Positions 1 to 10,106 of a DNA stretch of 64,000 nucleotides are shown here, one piece after another. The notes under the pieces are model-generated. The model did no database searches. It was not told where the DNA came from and saw only the letters and a list, made by a program, of their open reading frames with translations. Position 1 is the first letter of the stretch; each line of letters starts with the position of its first letter. The translations under genes and the position numbers were made by a program. The DNA comes from an uncultured Prevotella sp. GTDB lineage: Bacteria; Bacteroidota; Bacteroidia; Bacteroidales; Bacteroidaceae. The stretch is taken from positions 3,295 to 67,294 of the forward strand of contig USPK01000002.1 in the NCBI GenBank assembly GCA_900556465.1. Reading direction: 5' to 3'.

Positions 1-198
1 GAAGCGGAAAGGGATGTTCATGCGCCGCAGCTCGTCGAGTACCAGGTCGCGACGGAAGGTGCGCTGGTCGGCAATATGTTCAAAGTGCGAAAGCTCCTCC
101 ACCGAGTGGCGGATGTTGCGCAGGAGGACGGGCTGTTCGTCCTCGTAGACGGCAATCTTGGTCGAAGTCGACCCGGGGTTAATGGCTAAGATCTGCAT
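1..198 (-). CDS. buk: Butyrate kinase, N-terminal part (runs off the left edge of the window)
   Basis: Manual translation from ATG at 198 gives MQILAINPGSTSTKIAVYED..., the acetate/butyrate kinase INPGSTSTK motif; directly downstream of ptb. Not in the ORF track. Confidence 0.93.
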   Translation of the reverse strand, partial: MQILAINPGSTSTKIAVYEDEQPVLLRNIRHSVEELSHFEHIADQRTFRRDLVLDELRRMNIPFRF

Positions 199-283
199 GG
201 TGTGGGGTTCGGAATGAAGGGATGGGAAGAAAGCGGCGGGCGTCTGCGGGCACAAAGGCGGCAACCCGCCGGGGCTGCCGCGT

Positions 284-1186
284 TCAGGCCAGGGCCGCCA
301 GGGCCAGGCTGTAGAACTTGGAGTCGGCGCTGTCGCCGCGCGAGGGCAGGACGACGGGGCGCACCGTGCCTTGCAGCACGCCGGCCGTCTCGGCGCCGGC
401 GAAGAGCGTGATGGTCTTGTAGAAAGCGTTGCCCGCCTCGATGTCGGGGAATACGAGCGCGTCCGCCCGGCCCGCTATGGGCGAGTCGATGCCCTTGAGG
501 ACCATGGCCGCGGCGTCGCACGAGGTGCGCACGTCCAGGGGGCCGTCCACGATGGCCCGCCCGAAGCGGCCCGCCCGGGCAGCGTCGGCCAGGGCGCGGT
601 AGTCCAGCGTGTGGGGAAACTTGTCGCTCACGTGCTCCGAGCAGTGGATGAGGGCCACGCGCGGTTCCTCGACGCCCAGGGCGTGGCACAGGCGGACGGC
701 GCACGCTACCTGCGTCTCGCGCTGCTCAGGCGTGGGGTAGGGGATGACGGCCGCGTCGGTGAAGAGCAGCAACTTGTCGTAGGCCGGTAGTTCGGCGGCC
801 GCCAGATGCGTCAGGACGCCGCCCGGCGGCAGGAGGCCCGTCTGCTTGTTGAGGACGGCGTGGAGCAGCGTGTCGGTCGGGACGAGGCCCTTCATGAGTA
901 CGTCCGCCTCCCCTTCGCGCACCAGGGCCACGGCCTTTCGCGCCGCGTCGGCGTCGTCGGTCGCGTCGATGTAGCTTATCCGTTCGGGGCAGGGGGCGTC
1001 GGCCATGAAGCGGCGGGCCTCGTCCGCGTGGCCCACAAACAGGGCCTCGGCGAAGCCGCCCGCCACGGCGCGCTGCACGGCGCTACGGGTGGAGGCATCC
1101 GTGCCGCAAACCACAGCCACACGCCGCCGCCCTCCCCGTTCGCCCAGGTGGGCAGCGAGTTGTTGGAAAGTGCGAATGTTGTCCAT
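284..1186 (-). CDS. ptb: Phosphate butyryltransferase / phosphate acyltransferase
   Basis: 300 aa; ADVLMKG, VDGPLD, PDIEAGNAFYK and VVLPSRGDS motifs of the PTA/PTB family; adjacent to buk. Confidence 0.92.
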   Translation of the reverse strand: MDNIRTFQQLAAHLGERGGRRRVAVVCGTDASTRSAVQRAVAGGFAEALFVGHADEARRFMADAPCPERISYIDATDDADAARKAVALVREGEADVLMKGLVPTDTLLHAVLNKQTGLLPPGGVLTHLAAAELPAYDKLLLFTDAAVIPYPTPEQRETQVACAVRLCHALGVEEPRVALIHCSEHVSDKFPHTLDYRALADAARAGRFGRAIVDGPLDVRTSCDAAAMVLKGIDSPIAGRADALVFPDIEAGNAFYKTITLFAGAETAGVLQGTVRPVVLPSRGDSADSKFYSLALAALA

Positions 1187-1212
1187 GTAAATGAGAGTAG
1201 GGGGATATTTTT

Positions 1213-1531
1213 TGCAAATATACAGAAAGACAGGCGGCGGGGCAAGGGGAATACACTCTTTTCAGCACCCGGACTGTCTGATTCTTCTCCCGAATTGTCC
1301 AAATGTTCGGAAAGACAGGCGGCGGGGCCGGAAAATGCCCGCCTTTCCGCCCCCGGCCCGTCCCGTTTCCCGGCTTCATGTAGCAAATGTTCAGAAAAGC
1401 CGTCGGCGGAGCTGTGAAGAATTTGCCTTTCCGTCTTCGGTCTGTCCCGCTTCCCGGCTTCATGTAGCAAATGTACAGAAAAGCCGTCGGGGGAGCTGTG
1501 AAGAATTTGCCTTTCCGTCTCCGGCCTGTCC
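1213..1531. repeat. 84-85 bp tandem repeat (about 4 degenerate copies) upstream of ptb
   Basis: CAAAT(A/G)T(A/T)C(A/G)GAAA anchors at 1215, 1300, 1384, 1468; 1360-1443 vs 1444-1527 differ at 5 of 84 positions. Confidence 0.9.
1215..1222 (-). promoter_or_regulatory. Bacteroidetes -7 promoter box (TATATTTG) for ptb-buk
   Basis: Matches TAnnTTTG on the minus strand about 29 nt upstream of the ptb ATG. Confidence 0.7.
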
Positions 1532-1700
1532 GCCCCGCCGCCCGGCCTCATTTCGTGGCAATGGCCCATAGGGAGCCGGCTGTCGGCCCGCTTTCCGACG
1601 CGACAGTCTGGCGCCGCCGGTCACAGCGCCGCAGCCGCGCCCCTCGCGGGCGGCGGGCGGACCGCAGCTCCGCCGCACGTCCGCTCGCCGCGACCGGCCG

Positions 1701-1805
1701 CTATGCCGCCAGGGTGCATCCCGTGAGCGTCCCGGCCAGGGCCGTGAGCACGGCGATGAGGGCTTTCAATACCAGGTTCCAGATTCGTTTTTGCTTTTCG
1801 TTCAT
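1701..1805 (-). CDS. 34-aa small membrane peptide, smalltalk-family-like
   Basis: MNEKQKRIWNLVLKALIAVLTALAGTLTGCTLAA*; basic N-terminus, W, hydrophobic helix and C-terminal Cys; A-rich pre-start sequence; TACCTTTG box at 1904-1911 (-). Confidence 0.8.
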   Translation of the reverse strand: MNEKQKRIWNLVLKALIAVLTALAGTLTGCTLAA

Positions 1806-2130
1806 TGGTCGTTATTTTTTTAAGGGTGAAACTGCTGCCGCCGCCGTTTCCCGCCGCTCCGCACCGCCCGGGCCGGTGCCGGCCGCGAGGGGCGGCGACA
1901 GGGCAAAGGTAAGGTGCGGCGAAGCGGCGGTTCACGATTGTGGTGCATAAGCCCTGCCTTTGCGGTGTGCGGTCCGGCGGGCGGCGGGGCGTAAGGGCGG
2001 GCGACGGCCGATAGAAAACATTTTTAAGAAACGGGAACAAATTTTATACGTCGTAGGCCGGGACGCGAGGAAGATTACATACATTTGTAGCGGAAGGCTT
2101 CGCCGGCCGTCGCCGACTGTGGCGGCACGC

Positions 2131-2210
2131 ACGGGGCTAAGGCCCGTAAAAACTGGGATAGGCCCCGTCGCTACGGGGCTAAGGCCCGTGCGCGGGGAGC
2201 CTATCCCCGC
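2131..2210. repeat. 21-bp-period palindromic array, copy 1 (4 units)
   Basis: Units at 2131, 2152, 2173, 2194; lies between a TACATTTG box (2080-2087, +) and the ATG at 2280. Confidence 0.9.
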
Positions 2211-2279
2211 AGCCGGTGCTTGGGGAGGTGGCCGGGTGCACCTCGGGACTTATTGTTTCACCCTATATATGTGAAGACT

Positions 2280-2741
2280 ATGAAAAAGTGTTGGTTTGTT
2301 TTTTGGTTATGCCTGTTGCTGCCGGCCCTGTCTGTGGCGCAGTCCATCACAGGCAGCAAGGTGCTGGATGATGTGCTGGCTGCGTCGGAGAGTACGTTGG
2401 AAGAGGCTGAGAAAAATTTCAAGCGTTACGGCATAGATTGTAAGGTGGGGATCTACTACGACGCGGACGTGCGGGCGATTGTCTATCGCTATCAGTTCTC
2501 CGAAAAGTCTGTCTACAAGCAGTACACGAGGCCGGAAGCCAAGGCCGAGGTGTTGCAGGGCATGGTGTCGACGCTGATACAGAACGACCCGTCGGGAAAG
2601 CAGTTGCGCGAACTGGTGGCGGAACTGGAGCGCGTGGGGTGCAGCATAGCCGTGGAGGCCGTCCTGCCGGGCCGGAAACAGGAGAAAACGACGCGCATCA
2701 CGCTGATCCCGGCCGACCTGGCCGGTGCCCTGGTGCGCTGA
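2280..2741 (+). CDS. Hypothetical exported protein (153 aa)
   Basis: MKKCWFVFWLCLLLPALSVAQ signal peptide with a Bacteroidetes-type A/Q cleavage site; upstream promoter box; no family recognised. Confidence 0.75.
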   Translation: MKKCWFVFWLCLLLPALSVAQSITGSKVLDDVLAASESTLEEAEKNFKRYGIDCKVGIYYDADVRAIVYRYQFSEKSVYKQYTRPEAKAEVLQGMVSTLIQNDPSGKQLRELVAELERVGCSIAVEAVLPGRKQEKTTRITLIPADLAGALVR

Positions 2742-2758
2742 CGGCTGCGCCGGACTGT

Positions 2759-2816
2759 GAAAAAGCGCCGTGCCGGGAGAGGGGCTTGTGGGCCTGTCTC
2801 TCCCGGCACGGCGCTT
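2759..2816 (-). terminator. Intrinsic terminator hairpin between convergent genes
   Basis: 19-bp inverted repeat AAGCGCCGTGCCGGGAGAG / CTCTCCCGGCACGGCGCTT, with a T-tract on the minus strand. Confidence 0.75.
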
Positions 2817-2832
2817 CGGTCGGCGTGTGGGG

Positions 2833-4668
2833 TCAGAGTTGCTGCATGTCGTGCAGGCGTTTGTAGTAGCCGCCGCGCGCCAGGAGCTCCTCGTGCGTGC
2901 CGCGCTCCACGATGCGTCCTTCGTGGAGGACGCAGATCTCGTCGGCGTTGCGGATGGTGGACAGGCGGTGGGCGATGGCGATGGTGGTGCGGGTGCGCAT
3001 GAGGCGTTCCAGGGCTTCCTGCACCAGGCGCTCGCTCTCCGTGTCGAGGGCGGAGGTGGCCTCGTCGAGGATGAGGATGTCGGGATTCTTGAGGATGGCG
3101 CGCGCGATGGAGATGCGTTGGCGCTGTCCGCCGGAGAGGCGGCAGCCGCGGTCGCCCACCTTCGTGTCGTAGCCTTCCTCGCTCTCCATGATGAAGTCGT
3201 GTGCGTTGGCCACCTTGGCTGCTGCGACGACTTGCTCCATCGTGGCGTTCTCCACGCCGAAGGCGATGTTGTTGAAGAAGGTGTCGTTGAAGAGGATGGC
3301 TTCCTGGTTGACGTTGCCAATGAGGGCGCGCAGGTCGGCAAGGTAGACGTCCTTCACGTCTACGCCGTCGAGGAGGATTTGCCCTTCCGTGACGTCGTGA
3401 TAGCGGGGCAGGAGGTCGACGAGCGTGGACTTGCCCGAGCCGCTCTGGCCCACGATGGCGATGGTCTGGCCGCGGCGCACGCTGAGACTGACGTCGGAGA
3501 GGACGTCAGTCTTGCCGTTGTAGCTGAACGAGACGTGGCGGAACTCGATGCTCTCCCGCAGGCCGCTGACGTGGACGGGGTGGGCGCTTTCCCGGATGGG
3601 GTTTTCAGCGTTGAGTATCTTGTTGACACGCTCCACGGAGGCCATGCCCTTGGGAATGCTGTACGTGGCCTTGGAAAGGTCCTTGAGCGGCTGGATAATG
3701 CTGTAGAGGATAATCATGTAGAAGATGAACGTCGGGGCGTCGATGGGCGAGTGGGCGGAGAAGATGAGCGTGCCGCCGTACCATAGGACGATGACGATGA
3801 GGCAGGTGCCGAGAAACTCGCTGACGGGATGGGCCGAGGCCTGGCGTACGGCAACCTTGTTGGAGGCGGTGCGGAATTCGTTGGTGCTGCGGTCGAAGCG
3901 CTCGCGCATCTTGCGCTCGGCGGTGAAGGCCTTGATGATGCGCATGCCGCCCAGGGTCTCCTCGAGCTGGGCCATCGTTTCGCTCCACTTGTTCTGAGCG
4001 TCGAGCGACTGGCGCTTGAGCTTTCGCCCGATTCTGCCCATTGCCCAGCCCATGAGCGGGAGGACGATGATGGTGAACATGGTGAGTTGCCAGCTGGTGT
4101 AGAGCAGTACGCTGAAGTAGCAGATCAGGAGGATGGGATTCTTGATGAGCATCTCGAGCGAGCCGGTGATGGAATTCTCTATCTCGTTGACGTCGCCGCT
4201 CATGCGGGCAATGATGTCGCCCTTCCGTTCGTCGGAGAAGAAGGACAGGGGCAGGTTCGTGATCTTGTGGTAGACGCTGCTGCGGATGTCGCGCACGATG
4301 CCGGTGCGCATGGGGACCATGATGCCGGCCGAGGCGAAGTAGCACGATGTCTTGAGGAGCGTGGCCGCCACAAGGAACAGGCCGATGAGCAACAGGGCTG
4401 TCGACGCGCCGTAGCTTTCCATGATTTGCTGCGTGGCGTAGTACATGTTGTTCACCAGGATGTCTTTGATGTTCTCCCCCGGCGCGTCCCACGGGATGTA
4501 GCTGTAGGTCGACGTGTCCAGTCGGAAGAGCAGGTTGAGCATGGGGATGATGGACAGGAACGAGAAGACGTTGAGCACGGCCGACAGCAGGTTGAAGACC
4601 AAGGAGCTGACGAGGTACTTCTTGTAGGGGGCGACGTAGCGCCACATTACGCTGAAAAATTCTTTCAT
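2833..4668 (-). CDS. ABC exporter, fused permease + ATPase (MsbA-like)
   Basis: Start reassigned to MKEFFSVMW; TM domain, Walker A GQSGSGKST, LSGGQRQR signature, Walker B ILILDEATSALD. Confidence 0.93.
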   Translation of the reverse strand: MKEFFSVMWRYVAPYKKYLVSSLVFNLLSAVLNVFSFLSIIPMLNLLFRLDTSTYSYIPWDAPGENIKDILVNNMYYATQQIMESYGASTALLLIGLFLVAATLLKTSCYFASAGIMVPMRTGIVRDIRSSVYHKITNLPLSFFSDERKGDIIARMSGDVNEIENSITGSLEMLIKNPILLICYFSVLLYTSWQLTMFTIIVLPLMGWAMGRIGRKLKRQSLDAQNKWSETMAQLEETLGGMRIIKAFTAERKMRERFDRSTNEFRTASNKVAVRQASAHPVSEFLGTCLIVIVLWYGGTLIFSAHSPIDAPTFIFYMIILYSIIQPLKDLSKATYSIPKGMASVERVNKILNAENPIRESAHPVHVSGLRESIEFRHVSFSYNGKTDVLSDVSLSVRRGQTIAIVGQSGSGKSTLVDLLPRYHDVTEGQILLDGVDVKDVYLADLRALIGNVNQEAILFNDTFFNNIAFGVENATMEQVVAAAKVANAHDFIMESEEGYDTKVGDRGCRLSGGQRQRISIARAILKNPDILILDEATSALDTESERLVQEALERLMRTRTTIAIAHRLSTIRNADEICVLHEGRIVERGTHEELLARGGYYKRLHDMQQL

Positions 4669-4717
4669 AGGAAAATGGGGGTGGGCTGGTGTGGACGATG
4701 GCCTGTCCGTAGCGCCG

Positions 4718-5446
4718 TCATTTGCGGCCGAAGTCGGCGGGCACTTCGCCCCAGAGTTGCGTCTCCCACTTGAGGAGTGGGGTGTCGTAGGTGTTCTCGC
4801 GCAGCCAGTTCTCGGCGCGCCCGATGAGCTGGAAGAGCGGTTCGGTGCGCGCGTTGCGGGCCAGGCGCGTCTTGCACTGTTTCTGCCGCACCCAGAGCAG
4901 GGCGTTGCGGCTGTCGCTGTAGACGGTGAGGTGCAGGCCCCGTTGCTTGATGAGGGCCAAGGCATGGACGATGGCGAGAAACTCGCCGACGTTGTTCGTC
5001 CCGTAGATGGGGCCGAAGTGGAACACTTCCTGCCCCGTCTTGAGGCAGACCCCGCGGTACTCCATGCGGCCGGGATTGCCGGAGCAGGCGGCGTCGACGG
5101 CCCAGGCGTCGGCCCTGACGGCGGGGGGTAGGGGCAGCACCGTGTCCGAGCGGTAGTCGGGCGGGTTGACCAGGCCGCGGTAGTGGCGCCGCGGCGCTGC
5201 GACAGGCGCGGCTGCGGCGTCGGGGCGGCCCGCCGGGGCGGCCCGACGCACGGCCGCTTGCGCCCTCGCGACGGGCGGGGCGCCGGCTTGCAGGGCCTGT
5301 TCGGCCTCGTCCGCCGTGCCGAACGCTTTGTAGGCCGCGCCTGCAAAGCCCTTCACCTGCCGTTCGCATTCCTCCCACGACCGGTAGATGCCGGGCCGGG
5401 CCCCGCGCCAGACGACATAGAATTTCTGACCCTTGCTCTTGTTCAT
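4718..5446 (-). CDS. Ribonuclease H1 with N-terminal viroplasmin-like hybrid-binding domain
   Basis: KFYVVWRGARPGIYRSWEEC N-domain; AVDAACSGNPG, TNNVGEFLAIVHAL, YSDS and WGEVPADFGRK RNase H motifs; start at MNKSKG. Confidence 0.92.
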   Translation of the reverse strand: MNKSKGQKFYVVWRGARPGIYRSWEECERQVKGFAGAAYKAFGTADEAEQALQAGAPPVARAQAAVRRAAPAGRPDAAAAPVAAPRRHYRGLVNPPDYRSDTVLPLPPAVRADAWAVDAACSGNPGRMEYRGVCLKTGQEVFHFGPIYGTNNVGEFLAIVHALALIKQRGLHLTVYSDSRNALLWVRQKQCKTRLARNARTEPLFQLIGRAENWLRENTYDTPLLKWETQLWGEVPADFGRK

Positions 5447-5653
5447 ATCAGGCGTGTTGCGACCAGTGACTTCGCATCGTGCGGACCGGTTCTCGAAGGT
5501 GGGGACGGTATTTTCAGGTGTACTATATATATTAAGGTGTGGCGCGGGCACCGGACCTGCGTCGGGCCGTCCTGTCGTTCCTGTCTGTGGCGCAGTGGGG
5601 CGGCCTTGTGCCCGTCGGCGCGCGGCGGCCCCGAGGGGCCCCGCGGCGCGGAC

Positions 5654-7471
5654 TTACATGCGTTCGGGCATCTCGATACCGAGCAGGCCCATGCCCGTAC
5701 GGATAATCTTGGCGACGTTGGCGGAGAGGACGAGGCGGAACAGCTTCTTCTTCTCGTCGGCCTCGCGCAGGATGCTGAAGTCGTGGTAGAACTGGTTGTA
5801 CTCCTTGACGAGGTCGTAGCAGTAGCTGGCCACGGCCGAAGGGCTGTACTCCTGGCCGGCCTGGCGCACGGTGGCGGCGAAGTCGGCCACGTGCTGGATG
5901 ATTTCTTCCTCTTTGGTAGAAATCTCTATGTCGGTCGGCAGAATGTCGGGGAGCTGGATGCCGGCGTCGGCCGCCTTCCGCAGTACGGAGCGGATGCGGG
6001 CGTAGGTGTATTGGATGAAGGGGCCGGTGTTGCCGTTGAAGTCGATGCTTTCCTCGGGGTTGAAGAGCATGTTCTTGCGGGCGTCGACTTTGAGGAGGAA
6101 GTATTTCAGGGCGCCCATGCCTACGATGCGGGCCACCTTGTCCTTTTCGGCTTCGTCCATGTCGTCGAATTTGCCGGCCTCGTCGGCAGTGTGGCGCGCC
6201 TGGCTTACCATTTCGGCCACGAGGTCGTCGGCGTCGACCACGGTGCCCTCACGGCTTTTCATCTTTCCGTTGGGCAGTTCCACCATGCCGTAGGAGAAGT
6301 GGACCAGGCTCTTGCCCCACTCGAAGCCGAGGCGGTCGAGCAGGATGGAGAGTACTTGGAAGTGATAGTTCTGCTCGTTCCCGACGACGTAGATCATTTT
6401 GTCGATGGGGAAGTCCTGGAAGCGCATTTTGGCCGTGCCGATGTCTTGCGTCATATATACGCTCGTGCCGTCGGCGCGCAGGAGGAGCTTCTCGTCGAGG
6501 CCGGCGTCGGAGAGGTCGGCCCATACCGAGCCGTCGGCCTTGCGGAAGAAGATGCCCTTCTCCAGACCCTTGAGCACCATCTTACGGCCTTCGAGATACG
6601 TGTCGCTTTCGTAGTAAATCTTGTCGAAGCTCACGCCCAGTGCCTTGTAGGTCTCGTCGAAGCCGGCGTAGACCCATTCGTTCATGCGCCGCCACAGGGC
6701 GCGCACCTCCGGGTCGCCCTGCTCCCACTTTACGAGCATCTCGTGCGCCTCGCGGATGAGGGGCGCCTCCTTCTCGGCCTTGGCCTTGGCGGCTTCGGCG
6801 TCCAGGCCCTCGGCCTCGAACTTTGCCGTGAGCTCCTTGACCTCGGCGCGGTAGTGCTGGTCGAAGGCCACGTAGTAGTCACCGATGAGGTGGTCGCCCT
6901 TTTTGCCGGAGCTCTCGGGCGTTTCGCCGTTGCCGTACTTGAGCCAGGCGAGCATCGACTTGCAGATGTGTATGCCGCGGTCGTTGACAATGTTCGTCTT
7001 GACTACTCGGTTGCCGTTGGCCTCTACGATCTGTGCGAGCGACCAGCCGAGCAGGTTGTTGCGCACGTGGCCCAGGTGGAGCGGCTTGTTGGTGTTGGGC
7101 GAGGAGTACTCGATCATGACGAGCGGGGCGTCGGGGCCGGGCTCCACGCAGCCGTAGTGCGGGTCGGCGTGTATGCTGTTGAGCAGCTCCACCCATTTGC
7201 CCGGCGCGACGGTCAGGTTGAGAAATCCCTTGACCACGTTGAACTTCTCCACCATGTCGGTGTGTGCCGTCAGGTAGTTGCCGATGTCCGTGCCCGTTTC
7301 TTCCGGTCTTTTGCGCGAGAGGCGCAGCAGGGGGAATACGACGAGCGTCACGTGTCCTTCAAATTCGCGTTTCGTTTTCTGCAGTTGTATCTGCTTGAGG
7401 TCCGCGTCCTGTCCGTAGAGGGCCTTGATGGCTTCCAGGACGGCGCCGGCCAGTTGTTCTTCGATGTTCAT
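5654..7471 (-). CDS. argS: Arginine--tRNA ligase
   Basis: [18 protein letters not shown] (HIGH-like), KMKSREG and [21 protein letters not shown] box at 7528-7535 (-). Confidence 0.97.
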   Translation of the reverse strand: MNIEEQLAGAVLEAIKALYGQDADLKQIQLQKTKREFEGHVTLVVFPLLRLSRKRPEETGTDIGNYLTAHTDMVEKFNVVKGFLNLTVAPGKWVELLNSIHADPHYGCVEPGPDAPLVMIEYSSPNTNKPLHLGHVRNNLLGWSLAQIVEANGNRVVKTNIVNDRGIHICKSMLAWLKYGNGETPESSGKKGDHLIGDYYVAFDQHYRAEVKELTAKFEAEGLDAEAAKAKAEKEAPLIREAHEMLVKWEQGDPEVRALWRRMNEWVYAGFDETYKALGVSFDKIYYESDTYLEGRKMVLKGLEKGIFFRKADGSVWADLSDAGLDEKLLLRADGTSVYMTQDIGTAKMRFQDFPIDKMIYVVGNEQNYHFQVLSILLDRLGFEWGKSLVHFSYGMVELPNGKMKSREGTVVDADDLVAEMVSQARHTADEAGKFDDMDEAEKDKVARIVGMGALKYFLLKVDARKNMLFNPEESIDFNGNTGPFIQYTYARIRSVLRKAADAGIQLPDILPTDIEISTKEEEIIQHVADFAATVRQAGQEYSPSAVASYCYDLVKEYNQFYHDFSILREADEKKKLFRLVLSANVAKIIRTGMGLLGIEMPERM

Positions 7472-7549
7472 GTTCTATGTAGCTGAAGTAATGGTGGAGA
7501 TAGCAGGCGGCAGGCGCCGCCGGGCTGCAAAGTTACGACAATTTGTGCG

Positions 7550-7596
7550 AACGGGCGGGCCCGTAGCGTTGAAATTCAGCGCCGGGCCCGCCCGTT
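7550..7596. terminator. Hairpin downstream of the pyrophosphatase gene
   Basis: AACGGGCGGGCCC ... GGGCCCGCCCGTT inverted repeat just after the hppA stop. Confidence 0.6.
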
Positions 7597-7606
7597 TTGT
7601 CTTGGG

Positions 7607-9805
7607 TCAGAGCAAACTCCACGAGACGGTGAGCCCCGCCATGACGATAGAGACCATACTCATGAGCTTGATGAGAATGTTCAGGCTCGGGCCGGAAGTG
7701 TCCTTGAACGGGTCGCCCACGGTGTCGCCCACGACGGTAGCCTTGTGCGTCTCGCTGCCCTTACCGCCCAGGTGGCCTTCCTCCACGTATTTTTTCGCGT
7801 TGTCCCAGGCGCCGCCCGAGTTGGCCATGAACACGGCCAGGGCGAAGCCGGCCGCGAGGCCGCCGATGAGCAGGCCGAGCACACCGCTTACGCCAAAGAT
7901 GAGCCCCGTGCCCACGGGCGCGATGATGGCCAGCAGCGAGGGGAGAATCATCTCGTGCTGCGCCGCCTGGGTCGAGATGGTCACGCAGCGCCCGTAGTCC
8001 GGCTCTGTCTCGCCGGTCAGGATGCCCTTGATTTCCCGGAACTGCCGACGCACTTCGTCTACCATCTTCGACGCGGCGCGTCCCACCGCGTTCATGGTCA
8101 GCCCACAGAAGAGGAAGGCCATCATGGCACCGATGAACATGCCCGCCAGCACCTTCGGGTTCATCAGGGTCACGTCGTAGTGGTACATGAAGTCGGCGAA
8201 CGTCGCCTGGGTCACCGCCACCGTGTGGTCGGCCACGGCGATGGTCTCCTGGCCCAGCCGCGTCAGGCCTATGCGCACTTCCTCCACGTAGCTGGCCAGC
8301 AGCGCCAGGCCCGTCAGGGCGGCCGAACCGATGGCGAAGCCCTTGCCCGTGGCCGCCGTCGTGTTGCCCAGCGAGTCGAGGGCGTCCGTGCGGCGCCTTA
8401 CCTCCTCGCCCAGACCGCTCATTTCGGCGTTGCCGCCGGCGTTGTCCGCGATGGGGCCATAGGCGTCCGTGGCCAGGGTGATACCCAGCGTGGAGAGCAT
8501 GCCTACGGAGGCGATGCCGATGCCGTAGAGGCCCATCGAGATGTTGCTGAAGTCGCCGTTCGTAGCCAGCAGGTAGGAGGCGATGATGCCTATCACGACG
8601 GCCAGCACCGGTATGGCCGTGGAGAGCATGCCCACGCCCAGACCCGAGATGACTACGGTCGCCGAGCCCGTCTTGCCGCTTTCAGCGATGCGGCGCGTGG
8701 GGCGGTAGCTTTGGGAAGTGAAGTATTCCGTGGCTTGTCCGATGATGATGCCCACGGCCAGGCCTACCGCAACCGTGCAGCCTATCTGCCACCAGCGGTC
8801 CAGGCCCAGCGCCCAGAGGATGAGAAACGAGAAACCTACAATCAGTATGGAGCTGAGGTTCGTCCCGCGGGAGAGGGCGCGCAGCAGGTCCTTCATCTTG
8901 GCGTCCTCACGGGTGCGGACGGCGAAGATACCCCCCAGCGAGAGCACAATGCCGACAGCGGCGATGAGCATCGGCGCGATGACGGCGCGGAACTGCATCA
9001 CGCCGTCGCCGCCGGCCACGTAGGCCGCGGCCCCCAGCGAAGCCGTCGCCAGGATAGAGCCGCAGTACGACTCGTACAGGTCGGCGCCCATGCCGGCTAC
9101 GTCGCCCACGTTGTCGCCCACGTTGTCGGCGATGGTCGCCGGGTTGCGCGGGTCGTCCTCCGGGATGCCTGCTTCCACCTTGCCCACCAGGTCGGCGCCC
9201 ACGTCGGCCGCCTTCGTGTAGATGCCGCCGCCCACGCGCGCAAAGAGGGCCTGCGTCGAGGCGCCCATGCCGAAGGTCAGCATCGTCGTGGTGACGAGGC
9301 ACAGCTTCGTGCCCACGCTCTCGCCCTCAGGAATCACGGCGTTGAGCAACAGGTACCAGAAAGAGATGTCGAGCAGGCCGAGGCCCACCACTACGAGCCC
9401 CATCACGGCGCCGCTGCGGAAGGCGATGCGCAAGCCGCCGTTGAGCGACGTGCGGGCCGCCTGTGCCGTGCGGGCCGAGGCGGCCGTCGCCGTCTTCATG
9501 CCCAGGTAGCCCGCCAGGCCGGAGAAGAAACCGCCCGTCAGGAAGGCCACCGGTACCCATTCGTTCTGCACGTGGAATCCGTATGCCATGATGGCGAAGA
9601 AGAGGGCCAGACAGAGGAACACAAGGGTGACGACCTTGTACTGCTGGCGCAGGTAGGACATGGCCCCGCTGCGGACGGCGGCGGCAATGTGACGCATTCG
9701 CGGCGTACCTTCGTCGGTACGCTTCATCTGCCGGTAGAAGTACCAGGCAAAGCAGAGTGCCAGCAGGGAAGCGGCCGGCACAAGCCAGAAGAGAGAACTT
9801 TCCAT
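7607..9805 (-). CDS. hppA: K+-dependent membrane-integral Na+(/H+)-translocating pyrophosphatase
   Basis: [37 protein letters not shown] and [10 protein letters not shown] motifs; many TM helices. Confidence 0.96.
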   Translation of the reverse strand: MESSLFWLVPAASLLALCFAWYFYRQMKRTDEGTPRMRHIAAAVRSGAMSYLRQQYKVVTLVFLCLALFFAIMAYGFHVQNEWVPVAFLTGGFFSGLAGYLGMKTATAASARTAQAARTSLNGGLRIAFRSGAVMGLVVVGLGLLDISFWYLLLNAVIPEGESVGTKLCLVTTTMLTFGMGASTQALFARVGGGIYTKAADVGADLVGKVEAGIPEDDPRNPATIADNVGDNVGDVAGMGADLYESYCGSILATASLGAAAYVAGGDGVMQFRAVIAPMLIAAVGIVLSLGGIFAVRTREDAKMKDLLRALSRGTNLSSILIVGFSFLILWALGLDRWWQIGCTVAVGLAVGIIIGQATEYFTSQSYRPTRRIAESGKTGSATVVISGLGVGMLSTAIPVLAVVIGIIASYLLATNGDFSNISMGLYGIGIASVGMLSTLGITLATDAYGPIADNAGGNAEMSGLGEEVRRRTDALDSLGNTTAATGKGFAIGSAALTGLALLASYVEEVRIGLTRLGQETIAVADHTVAVTQATFADFMYHYDVTLMNPKVLAGMFIGAMMAFLFCGLTMNAVGRAASKMVDEVRRQFREIKGILTGETEPDYGRCVTISTQAAQHEMILPSLLAIIAPVGTGLIFGVSGVLGLLIGGLAAGFALAVFMANSGGAWDNAKKYVEEGHLGGKGSETHKATVVGDTVGDPFKDTSGPSLNILIKLMSMVSIVMAGLTVSWSLL

Positions 9806-10106
9806 AAAGTAAAAGATTTGAGCCGCCTCTAAGTTATGAAAAAACTGCCGGCGCAGACTTGGTTTCGCAAAAAATAACGCGGACTTTCACGTTTTTTATG
9901 CTCCGGGCCGCTCCCCGTCGGAAAGTTGCTAGCGCGAGCCTTCCCTCCGCCTTCCGGCGCCGGGCGGCAGCGGGCCGGTCCGGTCCCGCCGGTCCGCCGT
10001 GCCCCGCCGCCGGCCGCCCGGCGGCGGGGCACAGGCCCAGACGCAATTCAGGCCGCCCCCGGAGTGCGGAGACGGCCTGAAGCGGATGGTGAGCCAGCGG
10101 CAGTGG

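Noticed and set aside
1213..1531. CRISPR array
   Set aside because: Whole 84-bp units repeat, with no unique spacers and no cas genes.
976..1569. 197-aa ORF with 28-aa repeats (and the other ORFs across 1005-2274)
   Set aside because: A by-product of the 84-bp repeat; it overlaps ptb out of frame and covers its promoter.
2833..5346. 837-aa ABC transporter as given in the ORF track
   Set aside because: The upstream extension overlaps RNase H in another frame; the real start is at 4668. Similar over-extensions were trimmed for the kinase, miaB, aroQ, rbfA, umuD, GH2 and others.
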